A DNA stretch of 64,000 nt, taken from a virus. Lineage: Duplodnaviria > Caudoviricetes. A model generated the notes under the pieces. It was not told where the DNA came from. It was given only the letters and a program-made list of their open reading frames with translations, and searched no databases. The stretch lies in IMG/VR virus record IMGVR_UViG_3300028591_000070, positions 160,001 to 224,000 of that record; one strand, 5' to 3'. The translations under genes and the position numbers were made by a program. Shown one piece after another: positions 53,681-63,456 of this stretch (within the stretch, counting starts at the first letter, position 1; every line of letters starts with the position of its first letter).

Positions 53681-54547
53681 ATGAATAATTTAAATGAAAT
53701 GGGAATGAGAAAGCCAACAACCTCTTTTAATGTTCAGCATCTAAATAAATGTCTTGGAATTATTCAAGCAGAAATGGGTGCAAATTTTGAAAAAGAAGGT
53801 GTTAAGAACACAGTTCGCTATGAAGAAAAGCCAGGAGTAAATGATGCTTGTATTATTACATTTACAAAGCCTTTGAGAGATGAAACTGGTAGAAATTATA
53901 TGGATAAAGCTGAGAGTTATTTAAGAGGTGCTAAATTAAATCTTGCAAGCATTCCAGCAGATCCTGAGATTTTAAGTTCTCTTGCTTCTATTGCTTATTG
54001 TATCGACTATGATAATGCTACTTTTATAAATGACCATGAAGTAGAATTGATAAATCCAGAAGTTACAAGTTATGATGTACAGCTTATTGTGCCAAACCCT
54101 ACTGGAAGATCTAGCAAACCTAAAATTGCAGAAGAGAAAGTTTATTATGGTATTTTCTCAGATACAGGATATGGCCCAAGAAGTTCAACAATCATACCAA
54201 AGATTAAGAAAAGAATTCTTCAAGATTGTTTCGAATGTATTTCTAATCCAGAACATGAGATTTACAGAGACAACGGTAGCATTTATGGTATTTTTGAAGA
54301 CAGAAGTGATGCAGCAAACGCAATTAGAAGTAGAAGAGACGATGAAGCTTATAGTGCACAATATTCAAGAGGCTATTATAGAACAGCTTACATTGTATAC
54401 AAATGTAATAAAGATGGTGAGTTAATTATGTCTTTAAGAGATTTCTATGACCCAACTCTTTGGGATAAATATCCAAGTGAAGACGAAATTAGAGAGTGTA
54501 TTAAAGCATATAATGCATCAATCTTAAATAGAGGAGCAAATGAATAA
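53681..54547 (+). CDS. putative virion internal protein
   Basis: MNNLNEM N-terminus; ACTAAAT motif upstream. Confidence 0.65.
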   Translation: MNNLNEMGMRKPTTSFNVQHLNKCLGIIQAEMGANFEKEGVKNTVRYEEKPGVNDACIITFTKPLRDETGRNYMDKAESYLRGAKLNLASIPADPEILSSLASIAYCIDYDNATFINDHEVELINPEVTSYDVQLIVPNPTGRSSKPKIAEEKVYYGIFSDTGYGPRSSTIIPKIKKRILQDCFECISNPEHEIYRDNGSIYGIFEDRSDAANAIRSRRDDEAYSAQYSRGYYRTAYIVYKCNKDGELIMSLRDFYDPTLWDKYPSEDEIRECIKAYNASILNRGANE

Positions 54548-55059
54548 TGTTTTATGATGGCGATTGGGTAGAAGCTTACGATGCAAACTTTGCAACACCT
54601 TGGAAAGGACAAATTGCTCATAATGCAGATGGCGAATTAATCGTCATCAAAGAAAATGGAGATTATCGATATTTCTATAATCTTGCAAAAATTAAAAGAG
54701 CAGCTGCTCCTAGAAAAGATTACGACTTTGGTTTAAGGGAAGCTGAAGAAGAATTCAAAAACTATAATGATTATTTATCATACCAGATCCATAGTAATAT
54801 GGAGAAAGGTGTTGACTATACAAAAGCTAATGATTTACAGAAAAAAGAATTAGCTAAAAACTATGCAACTGTGGCAGCATCACAGAAAAATAAAATGGAG
54901 AATACTCCAAAAAATGATAAAGAAGCTGAAGACTCTTTTAACGGTGCTTTAGCTAATGAGTTGTTATCTCAAAATTCTGAAAAAGCTGCAACAGCTCAGA
55001 AAAATATTGATGAGATTAGTTCAAAAATACAAGAACAAATAATGGGAGAACTTAAATAA
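54547..55059 (+). CDS. hypothetical protein
   Basis: Coupled ORF; GLREA linker. Confidence 0.72.
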   Translation: MFYDGDWVEAYDANFATPWKGQIAHNADGELIVIKENGDYRYFYNLAKIKRAAAPRKDYDFGLREAEEEFKNYNDYLSYQIHSNMEKGVDYTKANDLQKKELAKNYATVAASQKNKMENTPKNDKEAEDSFNGALANELLSQNSEKAATAQKNIDEISSKIQEQIMGELK

Positions 55060-56447
55060 TGACAAAATTGCATGAAGCACAAGCCAATATGGCATATTAT
55101 GGATTTAAGAGAGTTCCTGAAAGAGATTTCTCAGATGATGGAACAAGATTCTTTATGTGGGTTTGGGACCCAGAAGATACAGGTCATTCACCATTCTACT
55201 TTTCAAAAGCGGGTGGATATGATATGGTTTTCTTTTCAGAACATTTTGGCTCAAATGTTCGTCAAGAATGTCGTAGACATGGCTATAATAACTTAGATGA
55301 CTTAAATGGCATTTCTAAGAGTGCATTTACCGATGAAGCATTAGGTAAAATTGTAGCTCAATTACAAAAGATTCGTGAATCAGATTGGTTTGAATCTCTT
55401 TGTCCTGAGTTTTCAACAAGAGGTGCTATTGACCAAGGTATTGAAGTAAAAGACTATAATGCTGATAAAGATCATCAGAGAGTTATGGATTTTGCTAAAC
55501 GCGCTGGTGGCGATACTGATAAAATGATTAAATTAGCAGCTAATATGGCTAAAGCTATTAAAGATGAAGAAAAAATGAGATCAAGATGGCAAGCAGCAGT
55601 TGATATTTATGGATCAGAGAGTCCTGTTGCAAAAGCATTTGAAGCTCAAGCTAATGCTAATCATTGGCATATCAATATTAGACCTCGTTCAGGTGATATT
55701 GACTGGTCATCTTTATTTGAAAGTACTATCCGAGAAAATGTAAAAGATGAAAGCATTTATAACGCTCATGCTGAATATGAGAAAGACCAATTAAAGAAAA
55801 AAGAAGAGGAAGATAATCAGGAAAACTTTACTTTTGATGAAGGTTCTGTAAAGTTGGCAACAGTTGTTAAGGAATCAGAAGAAAGAAAATATTGGAATAA
55901 TTTCTTTGATAAACTTACAGAATCTACAGATGTCGATAGAACTGAAGACCTTCTTAAAGATTATTTTGATACAACAAACGTTGAACTTTCAGACGAAACT
56001 TGTTGGGGATTGCCAGTTTATATCGTAGATAATAAGAGATATGCTGTTGGAGATAGTGATGAAGCTTATGATGCTGCAGTTCGACAAGCTATTAGTGTAT
56101 TTGAAGATGATACAGATGAAGGCAAAATAAGATGGCTTCAAAAAAATAACTGGCCTGGAATTGATGAGGACTCAGTTTGCGATGATTTAGGTGATGACCC
56201 AGCTGATTATGAAGAAGGAGAATTAATTTATAGACCTAGTTCAATAAGTGAATATTTAGATACTATGGGTTATTCTGATGCAGCAGATGCTTTCTCTATG
56301 GCCTTTATAGGAAATTATTTAAATAAACGTGAATTAGGAGAATATGTTGTTGACTCAGATGGAGTTGGACCTTTAGCATCAGAAGATGGTAAAGAAATTT
56401 CAATTGGTGATGGTTTATCAGCATTTTGTTTAGGAGGAGCATACTAA
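55059..56447 (+). CDS. multi-domain putative virion internal protein
   Basis: KLHEA, LFES, IREN, VKES, LTES linkers. Confidence 0.7.
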   Translation: MTKLHEAQANMAYYGFKRVPERDFSDDGTRFFMWVWDPEDTGHSPFYFSKAGGYDMVFFSEHFGSNVRQECRRHGYNNLDDLNGISKSAFTDEALGKIVAQLQKIRESDWFESLCPEFSTRGAIDQGIEVKDYNADKDHQRVMDFAKRAGGDTDKMIKLAANMAKAIKDEEKMRSRWQAAVDIYGSESPVAKAFEAQANANHWHINIRPRSGDIDWSSLFESTIRENVKDESIYNAHAEYEKDQLKKKEEEDNQENFTFDEGSVKLATVVKESEERKYWNNFFDKLTESTDVDRTEDLLKDYFDTTNVELSDETCWGLPVYIVDNKRYAVGDSDEAYDAAVRQAISVFEDDTDEGKIRWLQKNNWPGIDEDSVCDDLGDDPADYEEGELIYRPSSISEYLDTMGYSDAADAFSMAFIGNYLNKRELGEYVVDSDGVGPLASEDGKEISIGDGLSAFCLGGAY

Positions 56448-56752
56448 TGGAAGTAAAATTTTTTAAAGCAGTTTATAATGAGTATGATAGAAGCTTAGAT
56501 AGAGGCGTTTATTATATTCAAGAATTAGACGACGCGTCTGATTTTTTTGATGATAGGAGATTTGAGTATGTAGAGTTTGCTCAACCTTGTACAGTTGATG
56601 ATTTAGATGACATTATTGGAAAAGATTCTCCTTTTGCTAAAAATGAAAGTCTTAGAAAATTTATTGAAGCTGTTGATGAAGCAGAATCTATTTTCTGTTA
56701 TGGAGAAGGTGGCGGAACATCTTTCTGTAATTACTATCTTGTAAATATTTAA
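56447..56752 (+). CDS. hypothetical protein
   Basis: TAATG coupling, GGAGG SD. Confidence 0.72.
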   Translation: MEVKFFKAVYNEYDRSLDRGVYYIQELDDASDFFDDRRFEYVEFAQPCTVDDLDDIIGKDSPFAKNESLRKFIEAVDEAESIFCYGEGGGTSFCNYYLVNI

Positions 56753-56769
56753 TACAAAAAGCCGAGTGT

Positions 56770-56916
56770 TTACTCGGCTTCTTTTTTGTATTTTGGATTC
56801 ATCCATCTGCGTTCATAAGTAGTACAATGTTCTTTAACAGTAAAAATTAAACCATCTTCTGATTTATATTTTGTAATCTGTTTACCATTCTTATCTTTAG
56901 AAATAATAATCTTCAT
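56770..56916 (-). CDS. small hypothetical protein
   Basis: MKIIISK..., apparently leaderless after GTATATTCT. Confidence 0.55.
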   Translation of the reverse strand: MKIIISKDKNGKQITKYKSEDGLIFTVKEHCTTYERRWMNPKYKKEAE

Positions 56917-56978
56917 ATTAAGAATATACTTTTTTATTCTAAAAAATATAAAAGCCACTCAAAAAAGTGGCTTTATTT

Positions 56979-57944
56979 TTATCTAACATCCCAACAAGTA
57001 ACATCTTCTAGATTATCTTCAATATATTTAGCAAGCATACCTGAATTTGCAAAGTTATCAATAATATCAGCTAAATGGTCTTCAAGAGCTTCATTTTCTG
57101 GCTCATCGGTTTTGAGATCCCAAAATTCTGCTTCAATATCATCATAAACATCTCCGGTCAACCATTCCTCTCCATCAGGTGGCTCCCAATAACTGCCAGG
57201 TGTAGACCAACCAGCTGCTCCTGCAGTAAATTTTACCTCATATATAAGTTTATAAAGGGCTTTTGTAATTCTATCTTTGAAAATAAATGCAATTTTATTA
57301 ATAAATGTTGCTGAACCACCATCATCATCTAAGTCCAAATCTGGGTCATTACATTCTTCAGGCTCAATAGATACGATATATTTTGCAAGGTCTTCTTCTG
57401 AAATAGCACCAGATTTAACAAAAAGATCTCTATAATAAGCTTGTTCTTTCTTATATTTTTCTAAATTACGTCTGGCTTTAGCACTTGCTCTTTTATCGGT
57501 AACATCTTTGTCTGGTAAATTTTGACTATTAAATGTTGCTTCTATAGAAAGCATTTTTGAAGTAATCTTTAATGCAGCTAAAGAAACATCTACGGGAACA
57601 TTATATTTGTTTTCACAATTTTTTGCTTCATCTGTTAAATAATTTATATCTCTATCTTTAACAAAATAAAGATTTTTCCAATAAAAAATTTCTTTATCAT
57701 TTAAAGAGATATGGCCTGGAAAAGATGAATTACTATAATAAACCCTAAAATTATAATTTTGAGGTAAGTTAAATCGCAATGAAAAACTATATCTATCTTT
57801 TTTAAGAATTTTTCCATTTAAGCTTTTAGCCAAAATTATAGCTAGTCTTTCTGTTTTCGATAAATTGGTATTATAAGCGATAGAAATTTCACTTCTATTA
57901 GCTTCTTTTAAGGATGCTTTAATAAATTCTTGTACTATATCCAT
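56979..57944 (-). CDS. putative virion internal protein
   Basis: EFIKASLKEA N-terminus; ACTAAT motif. Confidence 0.65.
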   Translation of the reverse strand: MDIVQEFIKASLKEANRSEISIAYNTNLSKTERLAIILAKSLNGKILKKDRYSFSLRFNLPQNYNFRVYYSNSSFPGHISLNDKEIFYWKNLYFVKDRDINYLTDEAKNCENKYNVPVDVSLAALKITSKMLSIEATFNSQNLPDKDVTDKRASAKARRNLEKYKKEQAYYRDLFVKSGAISEEDLAKYIVSIEPEECNDPDLDLDDDGGSATFINKIAFIFKDRITKALYKLIYEVKFTAGAAGWSTPGSYWEPPDGEEWLTGDVYDDIEAEFWDLKTDEPENEALEDHLADIIDNFANSGMLAKYIEDNLEDVTCWDVR

Positions 57945-57953
57945 ATGAATAAA

Positions 57954-58235
57954 TTAGTTAGATTTTATGTTTATTCCTGAGTTTTTACATTTAATTTTGA
58001 ATTCATCAGTGATAATTTCAAATTTACTTTCACCCATATCCTGATTTAGAAAGCCATCTCTTAAAAAGTAATTATCGATTTGAAATTTACCGATCATGCA
58101 TCCTTTAAGATCAATATCGAATTTCTGAGGAGGTCTATTGGCCAATGGGTCACTATTTATTATCTGATTATTATGAAAAAACTCTTGAACTTCTGCACAT
58201 TCTCTTGGATTGTCAAATGAAAAAGTTATTGTCAT
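57954..58235 (-). CDS. hypothetical protein
   Basis: ATGA-coupled. Confidence 0.68.
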   Translation of the reverse strand: MTITFSFDNPRECAEVQEFFHNNQIINSDPLANRPPQKFDIDLKGCMIGKFQIDNYFLRDGFLNQDMGESKFEIITDEFKIKCKNSGINIKSN

Positions 58236-59245
58236 TGTAAAACTTCCTTATTATCAATAATATACTCATAGCCTCTAGGGTCTGTAGTTCTTCGAGGAAC
58301 ATATTGAACACCAATCTTTGGAGTTAAGTCAATAACACCATGAAGAGGAATCCATCCATTTTTAACTGCGTCAATATCATCAAAGGTAAAGTTTTTACCA
58401 AACTTTTCATTCCATTTTGCTAACTCAACTTTAATATCAAACTTTTCAATATTTATTTCTCTACCTTGACGGAATACTTCTCCTGCTGATGGGTCTGCTT
58501 CCTCAACGTCAATATGCATTGGAATACCAAAATTAGGTTGACGAGCAACTGAAGCAAGATAGTTTAGATAAGCATACATTAAATCTCTTTCAGGTTTGTA
58601 AACATATAACTCCTGAGAGTCATGTACATAATTAAATACTCTAGAACGCAATCCTAATTTCTTAATCATACCACAAACTGCTGTTACATTAGGCATGGCT
58701 TGGTAAACTTCTTCTGTCTGAACTGGGGAGTTTGTAGCATCATTTTTAAGGTGTTTAAACATAGCACTAAACAATTTTTTGTCTGCGCCTACGACTTCAC
58801 CTTTAGCATTTCTTTTCATAAAACGGAATTCTTGAAGATGGCGAACAGGACCAGTCCAAGTTCTAACATATCCATGTGTCATAGCAAAATTTTGCTCACG
58901 TTCAGTACGACCAAAGAGTCCTGGATATGTATCAGCGAATAATTCACGGATTTTAGTGCCAATTAAAGAATATTTAATATCGAGTGGATCTTGATTTGGC
59001 TTTTTAGCCAATATAGCTTGATTTATAGCATCAGTAAGTCCAAAAGCTTTTGCAGCTTTATCACAATCTTCTTCACTAAAACCACTTTGTCTCATCTGAG
59101 AACCTAAAGCTGAACCCGAACAAGCAAAAATTGTAGCAAAGTTTACTGTTTTAGAGTTTTGTCTATCATCACTGTAGGGTTTTATTTTTTTAACTTTAAG
59201 AAAGTCAGCCAACTCCATTGGCCTTTTTGTAATTGTATAAGACAT
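58232..59245 (-). CDS. family A DNA polymerase, C-terminal fragment (motifs B and C)
   Basis: RQNSKTVNFATIF (motif B), YPG, GYVRT..G..R, NSPVQ, VHDS (motif C). Confidence 0.88.
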   Translation of the reverse strand: MSYTITKRPMELADFLKVKKIKPYSDDRQNSKTVNFATIFACSGSALGSQMRQSGFSEEDCDKAAKAFGLTDAINQAILAKKPNQDPLDIKYSLIGTKIRELFADTYPGLFGRTEREQNFAMTHGYVRTWTGPVRHLQEFRFMKRNAKGEVVGADKKLFSAMFKHLKNDATNSPVQTEEVYQAMPNVTAVCGMIKKLGLRSRVFNYVHDSQELYVYKPERDLMYAYLNYLASVARQPNFGIPMHIDVEEADPSAGEVFRQGREINIEKFDIKVELAKWNEKFGKNFTFDDIDAVKNGWIPLHGVIDLTPKIGVQYVPRRTTDPRGYEYIIDNKEVLQ

Positions 59246-59283
59246 AACATTATATTAACTAATTTATTCAAGGAGAAATATAA

Positions 59284-60270
59284 ATGGACGATTTTCCAGT
59301 ACTCATACCAGAAGATGGTGGTTTTGCAATATATTTAAATGATGAAAGAGTAGATTGGTATAACAATGAAGCCGATGCTGAAGGTGTTGCTCTTTCTATG
59401 GTTGATGAAGAATTAAATGATGAAAGTTTTTTTGATAGACCACTTGAAGAGTCGGTAAACTTAAAAGAATCTTTTAGTAGTCCTATATACACTGGTCTAG
59501 CTTACAAGGAAGCTTATGCAAATATTATTTCAAGTTTTGTTGGACAGATTTGGGATGGTATTGGCGAGAGTGACAGCAGAGAAGGCAGAATATTTAATTA
59601 TTATTACAAACATATTGATTATGTTCATGCCGGCGAAGAAAATGGTGAATTCGTAGTATATATTTATCCATATGATATTGACTCTCTTATTAGAGGTATT
59701 TGGAGAGTTGCACAGATTGAGAGAAGCGATAATGGCTCGACTGATAAAAATATATATTATGATTATTTGGATGCTGATTGGTCTGATATTTGTAAATTAC
59801 AAGGAGCTTTAAAATCTATTTCTAAAAGATGGAATCAAGATCCTTCTAACTTCAAAAATGAACCTTGGTCTGATGAGAAAAAAGCTGAAAATGACGCAAG
59901 AATAGCTAAAGCAAAAGCTGAGGCAGAGGCAAAAGCAGCGGCCGAAAAGAAAGCTAAAGAAGAAGCTGAAGCAGCCGAAAAAGCAAGATTTGATCAAAAA
60001 CAAGCTGATATTGCAGCAAATATTCATCCTGATGCTAAAGATATTATGAGAGCATCAGATGCTTGGAAGAGAACGTTTAATAAACCAGGTAGATTACAAA
60101 ACTTATATTATCAGATGCAGAGACAGTTGGATAAAATTACTGACTTAAATAAAGCAAAACGTAGAATCGTTGCCTTCTATCAAGAAGCCTTAAAGCACCC
60201 AGATGTAGATAGCTATGATTATTGGATTAAGCGCTTTAAAGAAAAAATGGATAGAGATATTGACTTATAA
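59284..60270 (+). CDS. putative virion internal protein
   Basis: LNDES, LEES, LKES; AKAEAEAK linker; ACTAAT motif. Confidence 0.68.
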   Translation: MDDFPVLIPEDGGFAIYLNDERVDWYNNEADAEGVALSMVDEELNDESFFDRPLEESVNLKESFSSPIYTGLAYKEAYANIISSFVGQIWDGIGESDSREGRIFNYYYKHIDYVHAGEENGEFVVYIYPYDIDSLIRGIWRVAQIERSDNGSTDKNIYYDYLDADWSDICKLQGALKSISKRWNQDPSNFKNEPWSDEKKAENDARIAKAKAEAEAKAAAEKKAKEEAEAAEKARFDQKQADIAANIHPDAKDIMRASDAWKRTFNKPGRLQNLYYQMQRQLDKITDLNKAKRRIVAFYQEALKHPDVDSYDYWIKRFKEKMDRDIDL

Positions 60271-60304
60271 AAATAAAGGTGAGCATTAAGCTCACCTTTT
60301 TAAT

Positions 60305-61120
60305 TTAGATTAGTCCCCATTCAGCAAACTTTTCAAAACCACCTTTCGATTTAATAAAATCTCTAGCAATTTCTACAATTTCGCTGTAAGGCTTTCCATC
60401 TACAGTATCATCTCCGATAGCTGTACAGATTTCTACATCTTTCTTAAGTTCCTGTGCTTTAAGGTAAGCATAGATATTTACAGAAACATCAGCTTTAGAG
60501 AGGTCTTTACCATGGAGTCCACCACCTGTAACTCCTCTTCCCATATCAGAGCCTAATTTACGATTGGTGGCGCCAGTATCAACATCAATACCACCTGTCC
60601 AAGGACCTAATGGATTTACAATCTGTGTTATTCCTGCTGGCAAATTATGAATAATTTCTTTTTCATCTGTGCAAGACTGGCAAATAATGAGCTTAGAGCT
60701 ATTATAGTCTAAAATATACTTACCATCTGTAGGATATTTTTCATAAATAACACGAGCAATTTCTGATAAATACCTTTCTTCATCAGAAGTATAAACTCCC
60801 TTAAAAATACCATTATCACCTGTTCTGAAACCGTTTTCCTGGTTTTTAGCAAGCTCTACATCTTGTGGATGGTAAACAATTTGAATTTCTTCAAAATCAT
60901 TACGACCTGAAATACGTTTTACAGCCTCAGTGATTCTGTACTGTAAGCTACTATCAGCAAAGTTTACTGATGATTCAATAATAATAAAACATTTACGATG
61001 ACCAATTAATACTTCTACCGCAACTTTAGGATTAGTATATTCATAGGCCATATCAACAATCGCTCCGGCGATTCTATCTGCAACCTTATCAGGATGCATT
61101 GGGTTAACCTTTTCAAACAT
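60305..61120 (-). CDS. metK: S-adenosylmethionine synthetase (compact)
   Basis: HPDKVADRI, GDNG, DGK, VNPLG..GG..DTGATNRK, GGG.HGKDLSKAD. Confidence 0.92.
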   Translation of the reverse strand: MFEKVNPMHPDKVADRIAGAIVDMAYEYTNPKVAVEVLIGHRKCFIIIESSVNFADSSLQYRITEAVKRISGRNDFEEIQIVYHPQDVELAKNQENGFRTGDNGIFKGVYTSDEERYLSEIARVIYEKYPTDGKYILDYNSSKLIICQSCTDEKEIIHNLPAGITQIVNPLGPWTGGIDVDTGATNRKLGSDMGRGVTGGGLHGKDLSKADVSVNIYAYLKAQELKKDVEICTAIGDDTVDGKPYSEIVEIARDFIKSKGGFEKFAEWGLI

Positions 61121-61125
61121 AGAAT

Positions 61126-61147
61126 AATATTAACCGAGGTTAATATT
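61126..61147. promoter_or_regulatory. back-to-back GTTAATAT promoter motifs for metK and the nucleotidyltransferase
   Basis: Palindrome AATATTAACC-GA-GGTTAATATT with an ATG 6-7 nt away on each side. Confidence 0.6.
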
Positions 61148-61153
61148 TTAAAC

Positions 61154-61939
61154 ATGATAACAAAAAGACGAATTAAGAAAGCAATAAAATATTATAGAGA
61201 GTGTTGTACTTATTTAAAAGAAATATTAGACTTTTGCGATTTGAATGGATATAACTATGCTTTTGTAGGTGGCTTTATAAAATGGTGTCTTGATAAAGAT
61301 TTTGAGTCTACTGGACCACGGGATTTAGATATAATTATTGATATGCCTAAAGAAGAATTGCTTTGGTTTTTAGATTCTAATAAAATTAAGTTTAGAAAAA
61401 ATAACTGTGGTGGATGTAAAGTTTTCCCACATTATGATGACTATTATGCAAAAGAATTAGATATCTGGACATTAGACTCTCATCAACCTTTTGTACCTTT
61501 TGAGCATACAGTAGAATATAGAAATATTAAAAGAACCTTTAAGAATGTAACTAAAACATCTTGGCTCTCTACTGATGGAGCTATTTATGATGTTGGCAAA
61601 AATAAGTTATATGCTAAAGCTTGTAAAAAATCACTTAAGGAAAAATGTGTTAGATTTCAACATTATGATATTTATAAAGACAATTCATATGTTGAATTTA
61701 AGGTTGGAATAGTCGCTAAAATTATAAAACTAATGAAAGATGGTTATCGTGTAGATGACACTTGTGAAAAAGTATTAAAAGATTATTTTAATAAGAAAGA
61801 TGAAACTAAACTTGTAAAATATATGGAAAAGCATTATGACGACCAGTTCATTGATTGGCGAAATGAAGTAAATCTCTTCAAAGCCTCAATTAAAGCTTTA
61901 GAAGAGATTGACAGAATAAATAAAATGTTAGGTTGTTAG
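61154..61939 (+). CDS. tRNA nucleotidyltransferase/poly(A) polymerase-like (possible CCA-adding enzyme)
   Basis: AFVGGFIK..PRDLDII, ELDIW; most tRNA genes here lack encoded CCA. Confidence 0.65.
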   Translation: MITKRRIKKAIKYYRECCTYLKEILDFCDLNGYNYAFVGGFIKWCLDKDFESTGPRDLDIIIDMPKEELLWFLDSNKIKFRKNNCGGCKVFPHYDDYYAKELDIWTLDSHQPFVPFEHTVEYRNIKRTFKNVTKTSWLSTDGAIYDVGKNKLYAKACKKSLKEKCVRFQHYDIYKDNSYVEFKVGIVAKIIKLMKDGYRVDDTCEKVLKDYFNKKDETKLVKYMEKHYDDQFIDWRNEVNLFKASIKALEEIDRINKMLGC

Positions 61940-62454
61940 TAAGCCATCTTCCATCTTAGATAATCTAAACTGCCATATATGCTATCTTTGCCTTTACTTT
62001 TTCTAGCATAAACTAAAATCGAAATATAGGGAATAGATATATATGGCCCTTCTCTTTCAAAGATACTTTTAGACATATTAATGATTTCTTCTGCATTTTG
62101 TGCCAAAAAAGATGCTTTTATTGTATAACATTCTTGGTCATTTTCACTTGTAAAAGAAGAAACTGGGGTTTCTAACCCAACTACATTAAAACCATTTTTA
62201 ATAAGACTCTTATAAGCATTTATAGTATTTCTTATATGTTCTTCTGGACTTTTTATACTGAAGCGCTCAAATTCTTTAGAAGATAAACTTTTCAACCATT
62301 TAGCTGTATTATTTAATATAATTGCTAGATTTCTTTGCTGTTGAATTGTTAAACCATCAAAATCTTCTCCAAGAATTTGAGACCATAGACTTGTTAATTT
62401 TTGAGAACGATCAATTCTAGCAGCAAGAGCTACATTAAATCTTGTTTCACTCAT
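61936..62454 (-). CDS. hypothetical protein (weak capsid-protein-like N-terminus)
   Basis: L...WS.IL...R.LA.IL.N pattern. Confidence 0.6.
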   Translation of the reverse strand: MSETRFNVALAARIDRSQKLTSLWSQILGEDFDGLTIQQQRNLAIILNNTAKWLKSLSSKEFERFSIKSPEEHIRNTINAYKSLIKNGFNVVGLETPVSSFTSENDQECYTIKASFLAQNAEEIINMSKSIFEREGPYISIPYISILVYARKSKGKDSIYGSLDYLRWKMAY

Positions 62455-62792
62455 TAACTTTCACAATGCTCCATTGTTGTATTAGCAGCACTATTTGCTG
62501 TAGAAGTAATTGTAACTCCTGTATATAGAGGATCCTGATCAGGATGAACCTTAAACATATCATTGTTATAAGGATGAATTATGTCATTTGCATCAATTAT
62601 ACCTTTCGCATTAGTAGTTATTGTTGGCCAAAAGCCAGGGCTAGTAGGTGTCAATGTCTGCGGTCTAAGAGCATCCAAAATAGTCAAAATTTCATCTTCA
62701 GTAAAAATGTCTTTTAATTGGCTATCATAAGAGTCAATAATCTTCTTTCTTAATTCTTCATTATCATTCAAAGTCTTTTTCCTCCATTCCAA
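62454..62792 (-). CDS. hypothetical protein
   Basis: 112-aa coupled ORF. Confidence 0.65.
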   Translation of the reverse strand: MEWRKKTLNDNEELRKKIIDSYDSQLKDIFTEDEILTILDALRPQTLTPTSPGFWPTITTNAKGIIDANDIIHPYNNDMFKVHPDQDPLYTGVTITSTANSAANTTMEHCES

Positions 62793-63111
62793 AAGATTTA
62801 CCTATATTTTTCCAATCAATGGATATTCGTGGCCATGCCATATCATCTATATAGATATCAGCCACTATTTTTCTAGATTTATAATAACTATCAGCATTAT
62901 CATTAAAGGCATCAAATTCTAATTCATTCTCTTCTAGTAATTCCTTAGCATTCTCTAAAGCTCTACCTTCTCTACAAGTCCATAAAATTAAAGTAGCACC
63001 TTTAGATTTAAGCCATTTAATTACACTAGCTGCATTTGGACGAATCTCACCTTTATTTGGGTAAGCATCACTATTTATTATAGTTCCGTCATAATCAATT
63101 GCTATTACCAT
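62764..63111 (-). CDS. HAD-superfamily hydrolase (BT0820-like)
   Basis: IAIDYDGT, LWTCR, RKIVADIYIDD. Confidence 0.88.
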   Translation of the reverse strand: MVIAIDYDGTIINSDAYPNKGEIRPNAASVIKWLKSKGATLILWTCREGRALENAKELLEENELEFDAFNDNADSYYKSRKIVADIYIDDMAWPRISIDWKNIGKSFGMEEKDFE

Positions 63112-63340
63112 CTGTTGCCTCAATAAGACCAAAATCAATATGGTCGTTTATTTTAGAAATTAGTGCATCTAATGAATTGTCAAAAAGTTGATATTTCATT
63201 TTCTCCATATTAAGGTCCATACAAATTCTTCCATTCTGTTCAAAGAAACACATATAACCATTTTTATATGTTTCATCATCAATTGTACAAGACTCAACTT
63301 TATAAGCGATTGGTAAAAAATTTACTACACCTAGTTTCAT
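63095..63340 (-). CDS. hypothetical protein
   Basis: AAGGAG SD. Confidence 0.7.
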   Translation of the reverse strand: MKLGVVNFLPIAYKVESCTIDDETYKNGYMCFFEQNGRICMDLNMEKMKYQLFDNSLDALISKINDHIDFGLIEATDGNSN

Positions 63341-63456
63341 ATAATACTCCTTAATAAATATTAACTAAAAAGGCCTGCTTTATGGATTAAGCAGGCCTCT
63401 TGGTATTTTTAAATAACTTTTTTAAATAAAAGCTCTCACGCTTCGATGTCCAACTT

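Noticed and set aside
59895-59990. AKAKAEAEAKAAAEKKAKEEAEAAEK as TolA
   Set aside because: Short low-complexity helical linker with no TM anchor.
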